The notes beneath the pieces are model-generated. The model was not told where the DNA came from. It did not search any database and saw only the letters and a list, made by a program, of their open reading frames with translations. Below, one piece after another: positions 1 to 38,433 of a stretch of DNA of 64,000 nucleotides. A program made the translations under genes and the position numbers. The stretch comes from Octopus sinensis (Eukaryota): NCBI RefSeq assembly GCF_006345805.1, contig NC_043005.1:83824001-83888000 (forward strand), given 5' to 3'. Positions within the stretch are counted from its first letter, which is position 1. Each line of letters begins with the position of its first letter.

Positions 1-53
1 AAGTAAAATAGTAAAAGAGTAAAGAGTAAACCTATTTGTGTATATTTTCCTAG

Positions 54-26955
<26,902 letters not shown>

Positions 26956-27221
26956 TTTACGTGTGTATGTATATACGTACGTACATGTGAGTGTGTGTGT
27001 GTGTGTGTGTAATAGATGTATGTATGTATGTATGTATGTATGTATGTATGTATGTGAAGACGGACACATAGATGGACAGACAAACAGAGAGATAGATAGA
27101 CAGTTAGATAGATAGAAAGATAGATAGATAGATACGCATATATATACATATATAAATATATATACACATATATATAAATATATATATACATATATATACG
27201 TATATAAATATATATATATAT

Positions 27222-27315
<94 letters not shown>

Positions 27316-27769
27316 ACATGTAAGAGAAACATTTTATAACTTCGTTAAATCGAAAGGCAATTTCGTTAGACCTAAGAGCAAAAATACAAATAGGACAGCA
27401 GCTGGAAGTGCTCGGGTGACACCGAGGCGAAAGGAGAAGTAAATTGAAAGATATAATGAATAAACACTTCAATCGGTCAAAACAACTTTATAACAATCCC
27501 AGATTAACAAAAATTGAATATATATGCTGTACGGAATTTTGTCAGTGAACAGGTCCCTGTTTCAAAGCGAGGGAAATATTTTCACAAATTAAATTTAAAT
27601 TTTGTAGTTAATCTAAGGCGTTTTGTGTGTTTTTTAATTGCCTCGAGACCATCTCTGCGATCGCTTCAAACGATGCTGCTTCACATCGTTAATGTACAAT
27701 ACATTTAGGAAATCCAACGGTAACACCATTTCGTCAGGTGTTCAACTGAACAATGTAATAACCAGAAAT

Positions 27770-28245
27770 GTTAGTTAGTTAGTTAATTAATTTTTTTTGC
27801 TCAAAAAGCAAAAAGCAAGGCCATGTAGGGGGATATGGAGTTATGTACAGGGTGGTGTTCATGTAAAGAGTTCAGGCCACTTGTGGTCAAGGGAGACTTT
27901 GAACCGAGCGGTCGTCGGCATCTTCACTATTTCGTCCGGCAGCTTATTCCACGGATCCGCAACCCGGACGGAGAAAGCCCCTCTCCTTCGATTGAGATGA
28001 AATCGTCGCAGATAGGGCTTTTCGGAGTGACCCCGCAGCCGACGCTCTGGAGCAGGAGTGAAGAACAGCTCTTTCGAGAGGTTACACTTTCCGCTTATGA
28101 TGTTGTGAGCGAGAATGAGATCACCACGGCGTCGTCGTTTTTCTAGAGAATAAAGGTCGAGCGTCTTCAGCCTTTCTTCATAAGACAAATGCTTGAGACC
28201 AAGAACCATGCGGGTAGCCAGCTTCTTGACTCTTTCGAGATGTGA
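27770..28245 (-). mobile_element. CR1-like LINE 3' fragment
   Basis: LERVKKLATRMV.GLKHLSYEERLKTLDLYSLEKRRRRGDLI...RGH...FSVRV..PWNKLP, followed by a (TAAC)n tail. Confidence 0.88.
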
Positions 28246-28268
28246 AGTATATATAGATATATATATGC

Positions 28269-28339
<71 letters not shown>

Positions 28340-28438
28340 ATATATATATTGTGCAGATATATATCTATATATGTATAGATAATAGAAATATAAAATTACT
28401 AAGTCTCTCTAAAAGAGATTACGGCAGCGTTACTGGAA

Positions 28439-28783
28439 ATTAATTGTTATCGCCATATTAATATGGCAGTCTTATAGATATAAGACTAAAAGCTGTCGCT
28501 GATTAGCTCCATGAGGCCATCGCCTTAAGATAGCTATTTGACACACAAACTGTGTCCATTATAACCTTCGAACAATTGACAAAGGGCAAATACCCTGAAA
28601 CGCGTCTGTAGCTGTCTGACTGGCAGTGTGAAGCGACTGACCTCCCTTATTCGAAGGTTATAATGGACACAGTTTGTGTGTCAAATAGCTATCTTAAGGC
28701 GATGGCCTCATGGAGCTAATCAGCGACAGCTTTTAGTCTTATATCTATAAGACTGCCATATTAATAGTGCGATAACAATTAAT
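28439..28783. repeat. 134-bp inverted repeat with 77-nt loop carrying a decayed minimal hammerhead
   Basis: Arms 28439-28572 and 28650-28783; loop contains ttgacaa-aggg-caaata-ccct-GAAACGCGTC. Confidence 0.9.
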
Positions 28784-28796
28784 ATGTATAGATACA

Positions 28797-28828
<32 letters not shown>

Positions 28829-28829
28829 A

Positions 28830-28848
28830 TATTAACAATGATGATAAC

Positions 28849-28880
<32 letters not shown>

Positions 28881-30240
28881 CTACAATGATATAAATATAA
28901 ATAATGATAATAACAATACCAATAATGAAGGTAGTATAGGTATAAGTATGGTAGATGAGAATGATGGTGAAAATGGATTAATAAATAGTAACCCTAATTT
29001 GGATATCAATATGACCACTATAAATGAAAATAATACTAATAATAATACTAATAATAATTTAAATAACAGTAATGTAATGTGAGGAACTATCCTTAAATAA
29101 TTCCAAAACTGAATACTATCCCACCAGTTGTAATTGTAGGATTAGATCAAATTTTCCGGTATCTGGTCATTGTTCGGTCCAAAATGTAGTTTATAAATGC
29201 ACTACAATAACTTCTAACAGTAGCTATTTTTATCTCGGATGTTCGGTGGATTTTAAAAGACGTCTTAACAACCATTTTTCCTCTTTTAGACTAAAACACA
29301 AGGGAGGTTGCACTACACTATCGAGCAAAATTTGGGAACTAAAAACAAATAATATAGGATACAGCCTAAAATGGGATATAGTTAGAAGGGCAAAACCTTA
29401 TAGAAATAGTAGGGTAGGCTGTCAACTTTGTTCTATGGAAACCTATGAAATTTTAAAGTATCGAAGTAATAAAAATCTGTTGAATAATCGTCTAGAGTTA
29501 GGAACATCTTGCATACATTCCACAACTCGAACATTTAAATACTTTAAATAAAAATTTGGGTATTCCTACATTTTCAAACTTTAACTTTTTAATATAATAA
29601 TAATATGAACTATACTATACTAACCTTTAACTTAACTTTCATAGACGACTAGAAAAACTTCACTGTAATCTTGAAATTGGAACTTTCCCTAAATCTAATC
29701 TAGTTTTAAAATTTAAAGCTAATCATCAGTTATAAAATACGATACCTACTAAAAATTAAGTGATAGTTTTGTTTCCCTTACCCTTTGTAAAAGAATTTAA
29801 TGACCTCTCGACACTGACCTAGTTTTCTTCTCACCACATAGAAAAATTGGCTTTTTGTTCTAGTGACAACCTGAATTTCCTTTATGTATTCTGAATTCCT
29901 CCTCTTTCTACAACTAACTTGAATTCCTTTTATGGTATTCTAAAACCTTCCCTTGCCCTAATTCCTATAACTAAAAAATTCTAAGCAGTCAGTTGCAAGC
30001 AGAGTTTTGGTCAGTTAGCATCTGGACTACACAACCTCATATGTTCCTAAAATTTATATCTACATCTTTATCTGTATATTTACCTTCACTAAAATGTTAC
30101 TACTTGATTTGAAAGCTTTTATATTATTGGAAAACCTATATAAATTAGCTGATGAGTACTCAGCATCTTAAATCTGCTGTAATATTTACAGTTTTAATAA
30201 AATGTTGTAGTACGAAACAATTATACTAAATTACAGGAAT
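28830..30240 (+). mobile_element. Penelope-like element 3' part (Asn-rich stretch, Cys motif, GIY-YIG endonuclease, long 3' UTR)
   Basis: SCNCRIRSNFPVSGHC.VQNVVYKC...YLG...FKRRLNNH...LSSKIWELK...KWDIV...CQLC..E...LLNNRLE. Confidence 0.85.
30143..30232 (+). ncRNA. Type I hammerhead ribozyme motif with extended stem II
   Basis: uuag-CUGAUGA-guacu cagcau...auguug u aguac-GAAA-caauua-UA-cuaa; stem III one change away from palindrome. Confidence 0.6.
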
Positions 30241-30254
30241 CATTCTTGTTGCAT

Positions 30255-30410
30255 ATATATATGTACATATGCATATATATGTAGATATATATATATGTAT
30301 ATACATATATATACATATGTATGTATATATATATATATACATATATACATATCTATATACCTGTATTATACATATATATATATACATGTATACATCACAT
30401 ATATGTATAT

Positions 30411-30453
<43 letters not shown>

Positions 30454-30590
30454 TATATATATATATATATATATACATGTATATATATATATATCATATA
30501 CATATATATATATATATATAATATATATATATACGTATTAGATATAGATATACATATATATATATATATAGACATATATATATATATATC

Positions 30591-30631
<41 letters not shown>

Positions 30632-30655
30632 GTATTTAATATATATATACATATA

Positions 30656-30693
<38 letters not shown>

Positions 30694-30865
30694 TATATAT
30701 ACATGCACATCTATATATACATACAGATCTAAATATATATCTCAAATATATCTATATATATATATACATATATATAAACATCTATATATATGCATCTATA
30801 CGCATGCATCTATATATTTATATACATCTATGTATATGCATATTATATACATACATATATGTGTA

Positions 30866-30907
<42 letters not shown>

Positions 30908-30980
30908 TACATATATATACATTAATATATACATGTACAGGAATATATATATATATGTACATAAATATATGCATATATAT
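30255..30980. repeat. (TA)n-rich degenerate microsatellite block
   Basis: Directly visible. Confidence 0.95.
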
Positions 30981-30981
30981 A

Positions 30982-32048
30982 TATTACGGAGGCAGGAAAA
31001 AGGTAAACAAACAGAAAATATTATGCCCCTTGTTCCATTAGTTGGAATTGAACCGGCGCTCCAGTTGTTCAGGACAATATCTCCTTTGTCCTGTCACGAC
31101 CACGACAATTAATGATCCTAGACAACAATCTATGATCCCAACACGGTCACGGAAAGTTAAAAAAAAAAAATGCTACCCTTTATAAATGCGGCTGGCATTG
31201 GGGTTAGTTGGTCATTCGCCGCGGGACAGCCAGCAGGGAGCGAATTGGAGATGGTCAGTTGGCGAGAGTCAGTCAGCCAGACCGTGAGCGGAGCGGATGA
31301 GGGAGTGAGATGGAGATGGTGGGGTCGGCGAGAGGCAACGACAAAGATGACAAGCGTTGTCTGGAGAAAGAGAGACAGTGAGTGTGAGAGATGACAAACG
31401 AGAGGAAGTAAGGAAGATGACAGTGAAGGGGGGGCAGAGAGAAGCCGGACTGAAACGGTGGGAGTTTTGTGATGATTCCGGGAAGTGTTGCAGACGAGGA
31501 ACATGCGGTAATGTTTATTTATGTTTGAATTTCGATGTTTAACTGTTTAAACAAAAAAACGAAAAAGAAAGGAAGAAAAGAAAGAGAATTTGTAACTCAA
31601 GCAAGACTGTTGATTTTGAACTTTGTACTGAATGTAAACAAGACGATTGTCTTTAAAAAAAAGGGAAGAAAAGACCGAACTGTATTGAGTCAAAGGTTGA
31701 ACGATTTGTGTTTTTTTTGCGAACTCTGTAGTGTGTTTAAATACATTTCATTTGGTTTTTCGAACTGTGTTATGTTTAAATGCAATTGGTTGTTTTTCGA
31801 ACTCTGTGTATGATTTGTCAACCTTTGTTTTGGAATGTTTTGATTTTGTTTTGAAAAAAATTGTTAAATTACACAACCTCTGTTGTCTCTCTCTCTTCTT
31901 TGTTGTTGTGTTGGTTTCTGGCTGCGTTCGCCGCCGCCCTCTCCGCTTTCCGTGGTGGACTTCCGGTTTGCTGAGCGTCGTCGTCGCGGCATAGGCCCCG
32001 TGGTGGAATCGGAAAGCCTAGGGTCCTTGGGCCCTGAGTGGAGGCGTA

Positions 32049-32051
<3 letters not shown>
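30982..32051 (+). mobile_element. Probable solo LTR (Gypsy-like) inserted in (TA)n
   Basis: Begins TATTACG (TG changed to TA), ends GCGTAACA; TATAAA near 31180; GC-rich U5-like end; (TA)n on both sides; alternative start TGTCACG at 31092. Confidence 0.55.
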
Positions 32052-32087
<36 letters not shown>

Positions 32088-32164
32088 TGCAGCATGGAAG
32101 GTGTTTATAAGCCATTTAAGAAACACACAAAAGCCGTTCGATTCACTTCAACATTTTAGTTTAA

Positions 32165-32214
32165 TTTGTCAAAATATTTTCGTCGCTAAAATCCGTGACC
32201 TGTTCACTGACAAA
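32165..32214 (-). ncRNA. Variant type I hammerhead (G3-C8), left-arm copy
   Basis: uuuguca-GUGAACA-g-gucac..gcgac-GAAA-auau-UU-ugacaaa; one stem II mismatch. Confidence 0.5.
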
Positions 32215-33013
32215 AATCCGTGCTGCATCTGAGAAAGTAACAGTTAGTTCGTCATATATATGTACGTATGTATGTGTGTATGTATGCATACATGTGTGTA
32301 TGTATGTACGTATGCACGTATGCATGTACGTACATACGCCTGTGTATGCGTGTATGTATGTATATATGTATGTGTGTGTATATGCACGCACATACACTCT
32401 ATAAACATAAAGCTATAAACCTGTAGCGATGGATAGATGTAGAGTGACCACTCATCACAATACTATCAAATTTCAACTTCCTCCGGCCGAAGCCCAGAAG
32501 TGATTTACGACCCTTACTCCCAAAACTATACCCTAAAACCTATTATCAGATCTTTATCTCTATATCACAGAACTTTTGTTTTACTATTGTGCGTATGTAT
32601 GCATGTATGTACGTATGTATGTATGTATGTATGTATGTATGTATGTATGTATGTATGTATGTATGTATGTATGTATGTATGTATGTGTGCATGTATGTGT
32701 GTATGTACATACGTACGCATGTGCGTATGTATGTATACGCGCACGTATGCATGTGCCCATGTATGTGTGTGCGTACATGTACGTGCGTATGTACGTGTGT
32801 ATGCCCATACGTAGGTATGTATGTATGTTTGTACTCATTGCTACGTATGTATGTGAGTGTCTAGGAGAATGGGCAGACGTGTCTGTGAGAGTGTGTACAT
32901 GTGTATGTGTATGTGAACGTATGTCCGTGTACTGGCATGTCCGTCCACGTTGTGTACATGACTGTTAACTTTGTTGAAGGTTGTATACATATTCACATAT
33001 ATGTTTGTATAGA

Positions 33014-33071
<58 letters not shown>

Positions 33072-34643
33072 TTAATATAGAATAGTGCATATATATAAAC
33101 ATAATATGTATAAACGTACTACCTACCTCTACATGTACATATACACGCATATATGTGTACAGGACACCAAAAAGACGTCGAACACATAGAGAGACGAAAC
33201 ACATAGACACAAACCAAGGAACAAGACAAGCAAAAAAAAAAAAAAAAAAAAAAAGGGAGAGATACAGGACAATAAGCACAACGAAAAATCCCCTTCTTCA
33301 GTCGCTAAGATTTCATCTACTAAACGTTTCGAAGGATAAAAGCGAGACGTATACTTCGAAGAAAAATTCCTTCCCGCGAAAAGCAAATCAATTAAAATTC
33401 TGAGATCTTTTCGGAGAGGGGTAAAAAAAAAGCAAGACGGTAACGACAGTACAAACATATAAACAGTAAAAAATATATATATAAAAACAGTGGAAAAATA
33501 AATATATAACAGTGAGAGACAAGACAAGGAGAACAAGATAAGAAGGGCTGTTAACGCCAGACGAAAAAAGTATTGTAAACGCTGGATTATAGTGGAAGAC
33601 AGAGAGGGAAATTTTGTCAACCAGAAGCCTTGCAAGGCGGGCGAGAAAGGACAGGAAGCAGTTACGACGGAAGTATCGTCGCAGATGGATGACGGGAATG
33701 GGGGAGGAGGAGCAAGAGGAAGAGAGAGAAGAAGGGGAATGGTGCGAGGAGACCATGAATATATATATATATATGTGTGGGTGTGTGTTTGTTCCTCTCA
33801 TCACCGTCTAACTGTGAATGGATACAACGCCTAAGTGCAACTGTACGTATCACAACGTATGCTCATACTGTTATATATAACTGCACATGTATGTGCAGTT
33901 TATATCACAGTATGAGCGTACGTTGTTGAGTACAGTTCACTTAGGCGTTATATAACAGTATGAGCGTACGTTGTTTGATACGTACAGTTACACTTAGGCG
34001 TTATATAACAGTATGAGTGTACGTTGTTTGATACGTACAGTTGCACTTAGGCGTTGTATCCATTCACAGTTAGACGGTGATGAGAGGAACAAACACACAC
34101 CCACACACATATATATATATATATATGTGTGTGTGCGTCTATACAAACATATATGTGAATATGTATACAACCTTCAACAAAGTAACAGTCATGTACACAA
34201 CTTGGACGGACACATGCCAGTACACGGACATACGTTCACATACACATACACATGTACACACTCTCACAGACACGTCTGCCCATTCTCCTAGACACTCACA
34301 TACATACGTAGCACATGAGTACAAACATACATACATACCTTGGTATGGGCATACACACGTACATGTACGCACGTACATGTACGCACACATATACATGGGC
34401 ACATGCATACGTGCGCGTATACATACATACGCACATGCGTACGTATGTACATACACACATACATACACACATACATACATACATACATACATACATACAT
34501 ACATACATACATACATGCATACATAGGCGTATGTACGTACATGCATACGTACATACATACACACATGTATGCATACATACACACATACATACGTACATAT
34601 ATATGACGAACTAACTGTTACTTTCTCAGATGCAGCACGGATT

Positions 34644-34693
34644 TTTGTCAGTGAACAGGTCGCGGATTTTAGCGACGAAAATATTTTGACAAA
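34644..34693 (+). ncRNA. Variant type I hammerhead (G3-C8 swap, extra nucleotide after A9)
   Basis: 7-bp stem I uuuguca/ugacaaa, 5-bp stem II gucgc/gcgac, GAAA, palindromic stem III AAUAUU. Confidence 0.6.
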
Positions 34694-34830
34694 TTAAACT
34701 TAAATGTTGAAGTGAAGCGAACGGCTTTTGTGTGTTTCTTAAATGGCTTATAAACACCTTCCACGCTGCAATTGTTTTCGTTTCAGCACACGATCTCAGA
34801 TCAAATTACTTGCTATGCGAGTACATCTCC

Positions 34831-34875
<45 letters not shown>

Positions 34876-34914
34876 TACACACTTGCACACACACACACAC
34901 ACATATACTTTTTT

Positions 34915-35130
34915 CTTTCTTCTTTAATGTATTTCAGTCATTTGACTAAGGCTATGCTGGAGCACCACCTTTAGTCGTACAAATCGACGCCAGAACTTAT
35001 TCTTTGTAAGCCTAGTATTTTTTCTATCAGTTGCTTTTGTCGAACTGTTAAGTTACGGGGACGTAAACGCACTAGCATCGGTCGTCAAGCGATGATGAGG
35101 ACGAATTCAGACGCACAAACATACACACAC
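34915..35130 (-). mobile_element. SINE family A 3' part
   Basis: cagtcatttgactaaggctatgctggagcacc...gttacggggacgtaaac. Confidence 0.7.
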
Positions 35131-35209
35131 ATACATATATACATACACACACACACACACACACATACATAATATATATATATATATATATATTCATACA
35201 CACACACAC

Positions 35210-35288
<79 letters not shown>

Positions 35289-35294
35289 GCATGA

Positions 35295-35672
35295 TTCTGA
35301 CATGCAATATCTGTGCAAGACCCTGCCTCAGTAAAGCTGGACTCATGAATCATCTTCGTAGTCATAAAACTAGACAGATGAGTGGCAACCTGGCCACTGG
35401 TGGTGGTGTAATGCACCATACTAATCATATCTGTCGGGCCTGTGAAAGAGAGTGTAATTCGGCAGGAGGACTTAAACGTCATGCAAAGGTACATGAAGCC
35501 CAGTTACAACTACAGCCGGCTACTACCGGTAAAGGTTTTAGTTGCCAATTTTGTACAAGACATTGCAGATCTTTAGCTGGGCTAAAAAGTCACATTCGAT
35601 CACAGCACCAGTAACAGTTAAGCTTCGTGTAATGGCCATACTCGATAACGAGGGGGCAGCCATAAAAAAAAT
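35295..35672 (+). mobile_element. 5'-truncated RTE-type LINE 3' end encoding three C2H2 zinc fingers
   Basis: CNICARPCLSKAGLMNHLRSH / CRACERECNSAGGLKRHAKVH / CQFCTRHCRSLAGLKSHIRSQH, then an RTE-like 3' UTR atggccatactcgataacgagggggcagcc and A tail. Confidence 0.7.
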
Positions 35673-35926
35673 CTATGAATATATATAATCAATAATGTCA
35701 AAGGGTAATCAGAAATATTTTAAATTTCCATTCCCAGTGGCCTAAAATGTAAAAAAAAATTAGTCAATAGTCTATATATTATTCATAAATACAGTGTACA
35801 TTTAGACACACAAGAGGCATCCATCAGAGGATTCCTTACACGCTAGAGAGGACAGTTAATTTCCAAACCACTATTTGGGATAAAATTTCGAAATGAATGA
35901 AAAACAAAAACAATTACCATCTAACT

Positions 35927-35996
35927 CCTGGACCAATGATTTCAGACATTTTTAAGCAAATAAAATATTTTGCTTGGCGAAGTCTTCTTCAGCAGG
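35927..35996 (-). ncRNA. Type I hammerhead ribozyme motif (canonical core)
   Basis: ccug-CUGAAGA-agac..aagcaaa/uuugcuu..gucu-GAAA-ucauugg-UC-cagg. Confidence 0.72.
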
Positions 35997-36268
35997 TACA
36001 CCTTAGATTATATATATATACACGAGGCAATCCAGTATATTCCCTGTGCTAATACATTTTAATTTTTCAAATCTACCGTGCAAGCGTGGCTCCTTGTCGG
36101 CAGTAAATAAAATGCCGGCTTTTTACGCGGTAGATTTGAAAAATTAGAATATATAAGCTCGGGGTATATACTGGATTTTCTGGAAAATTTTCGAATGTAA
36201 TTTATATACATATATACATATATGTATATATACACACATGCACACACACATATATGCATGAATGTGTA

Positions 36269-36300
<32 letters not shown>

Positions 36301-36414
36301 CTATATATATATATATATATTATATATATATATAATAAATATTAGGGAATAAATCCAAATTTACAGGGAAAAAATCAGATTTAGGATTAAATCCAATTTT
36401 ATAGTAAAATATTA

Positions 36415-36676
36415 TATAATATTAATTAGAGACAAAACCACTATTTTGCAAAACAAACAAGGAAAGACTTTTTACTTTTTTTACTTTTTTTACTTTTTAA
36501 ACTTTTTTTTTTACTTTTTTTATTTTTTTTACTTTTTTAAAATTTTTTAAACTTTTTTTATTTTTTTTACTTTTTTTTTTTTTTTACTTTTTACTTTTAT
36601 TAAAATTTTATGTATTGATTAAGTCTTTCCTTGTTTGTTTTGCAAAATAGTGGTTTTGTCTCTAATTAATATTATA
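36415..36676. repeat. 56-bp perfect inverted repeat around a (TTTTAC)n low-complexity spacer
   Basis: Arms 36415-36470 and 36621-36676. Confidence 0.9.
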
Positions 36677-36686
36677 CATATATATA

Positions 36687-36748
<62 letters not shown>

Positions 36749-36867
36749 GTATATATATATACATATATATATATATGTATATATATGTATGTATATGTGT
36801 AGATATATGTATATATGTACATTTATGTATATATATCTCTGTATATATACTTGTATGTATACAAATA

Positions 36868-37240
36868 GGCGCAGGAGTGGCTGTGTGGTAAGTAGCTTGT
36901 TTACCAGCCACATGGTTCCGGGTTCAGTCCCACTGCGTGGCACCTTGGTCAAATGTCTTCTACTATAGCCTCGGGCCGACCAAAGCCTTGTGAGTGGATT
37001 TGGTTGACGGAAACTGAAAGAAGCCCGTCGTATATCTGTCTATATATATATATATATGCGTGTGTGTGTTTGTGTGTCTGTGTTTGTCCCCCCGTTACTT
37101 AGCGGTTCGGCAAAAGAGACCGATAGAATAAGTACTGGGCTTACAAAAGAATAAGTCCCGGGGTCGTGTTGCTCGATTAAAGGCAGTGCTCCAGCATGGC
37201 CGCAGTCAGATGACTGAAACAAGTAAAAGAGTAAAAGAGA
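36868..37240 (+). mobile_element. Full-length tRNA-derived SINE, family A
   Basis: A-box-like TGGCTGTGTGG, B-box-like GGTTCAGTCC, central (TA/TG)n, tail gtaaaagagtaaaagag; more than ten partial copies in the window. Confidence 0.85.
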
Positions 37241-38433
37241 TATGTGTGTGTATATATATGTGCATATATATACGTATATATATATGTGTATATATATGTG
37301 TGTGTGTATAATTATGTATATGTGTGTGTGTATATATATGTGTGTGTGTGTATATATATATTTGTATATATATATATGTGTGCGTATATATATGTGTATA
37401 TATATGTGTGTATATATATGTGTGTATATACATACATATGTGTGTATATATATATATGTGTGTATATACATACATATGTGTGTATATATGCGTGTATGTG
37501 TATATATATATATATATATGTGTGTGTGTGCATACATATATGTGTGGATATATTTATATATGTGTGTATATACATACATATGTGTGTATATATGCGTGTA
37601 TGTGTATATATATATATATATGTGTGTGTGTGTTTGTGTGTGTGTGTGTTGAAAAACTAAGAAGATGGAAATGCTTAGTGAGCTTTAATATGGCAAAAAG
37701 CAAAGAAAATATGAACTGGTTTCGGCCATTTAAGACGAGCTTTTCCTGCTGGAATAAAATGGAAAGAAAAATTGAAATACATGGAATTTAACTTTCAAAA
37801 TATCACCACTTTTACAAAGTGGCCATCACCACCGACTGGCAGCATTCTGAAGGACTCGAAATACAGCACCATGTAGATTTTTCTAATAAAAAGATATGAG
37901 CTTCCAGAAGTGATATTCTGAAAGTTTAATTTAATCTCTTTCGAATTTTAATGATTATGGGAACGTCTATTTACTTCTGTCATGTCTGTGTATAAGTAAT
38001 TTAAATACATATACATAGATACATAGATACATATATATACACACATATACATAGATACATGTTCATAGGCACATACATATTGGAACAAGTGTATTAAATG
38101 CAAATATTACAAATAAAGAGCATCCAACCATCGAGGTACACTGTGTATGCACGCACACACTCACACACATACATACACTTTCTCTCTTTGTCTTTTCTTT
38201 CGCCCTCTCCTCCCAGACAACACCCAATCCCAAACGCTAGTCATTCACTCACATTCCTCCCCCTCTCCCCCATACCACCACTTACACTCCCACAGGCACT
38301 GTCACTTGCACACCTGGTACATATATTACGAACGTATATATGAAAGGTGATACAGATACTCACAAACAGGCACAGACATATTTAGAAATTTCTTGAAGCA
38401 GACAACACATTTGTTCTGAGAGGTTTGTTTACC

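Larger units (their letters stand above)
32085..34773. repeat. About 2.7-kb interrupted palindrome centred at 33889/33890
   Basis: Left arm 32085-33889 (insertions at about 32400-32580 and 33065-33757) is the reverse complement of right arm 33890-34773; about 53-nt tandem repeats at 33903-34054. Confidence 0.9.

Noticed and set aside
27715-27745. CUGACGA on the minus strand
   Set aside because: No GAAA follows the candidate stem II.
31030-31075. tRNA-like GGTTCAATTCC on the minus strand
   Set aside because: Only a T-arm-like stretch; no D-arm, anticodon arm or acceptor stem could be built.
33280-33340. Possible type II hammerhead (GAAACGUU ... CUGAAGA on the minus strand)
   Set aside because: Stems I and II cannot be paired in register.
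35279-35614. Host C2H2 zinc-finger transcription factor gene
   Set aside because: No TGEKP linkers, the ATG lies in a microsatellite, and the 3' flank is an RTE-like UTR with A tail. Treated as a LINE end.
36868-36950. tRNA genes at SINE heads
   Set aside because: A/B-box-like motifs continue into repeated SINE bodies; no cloverleaf.
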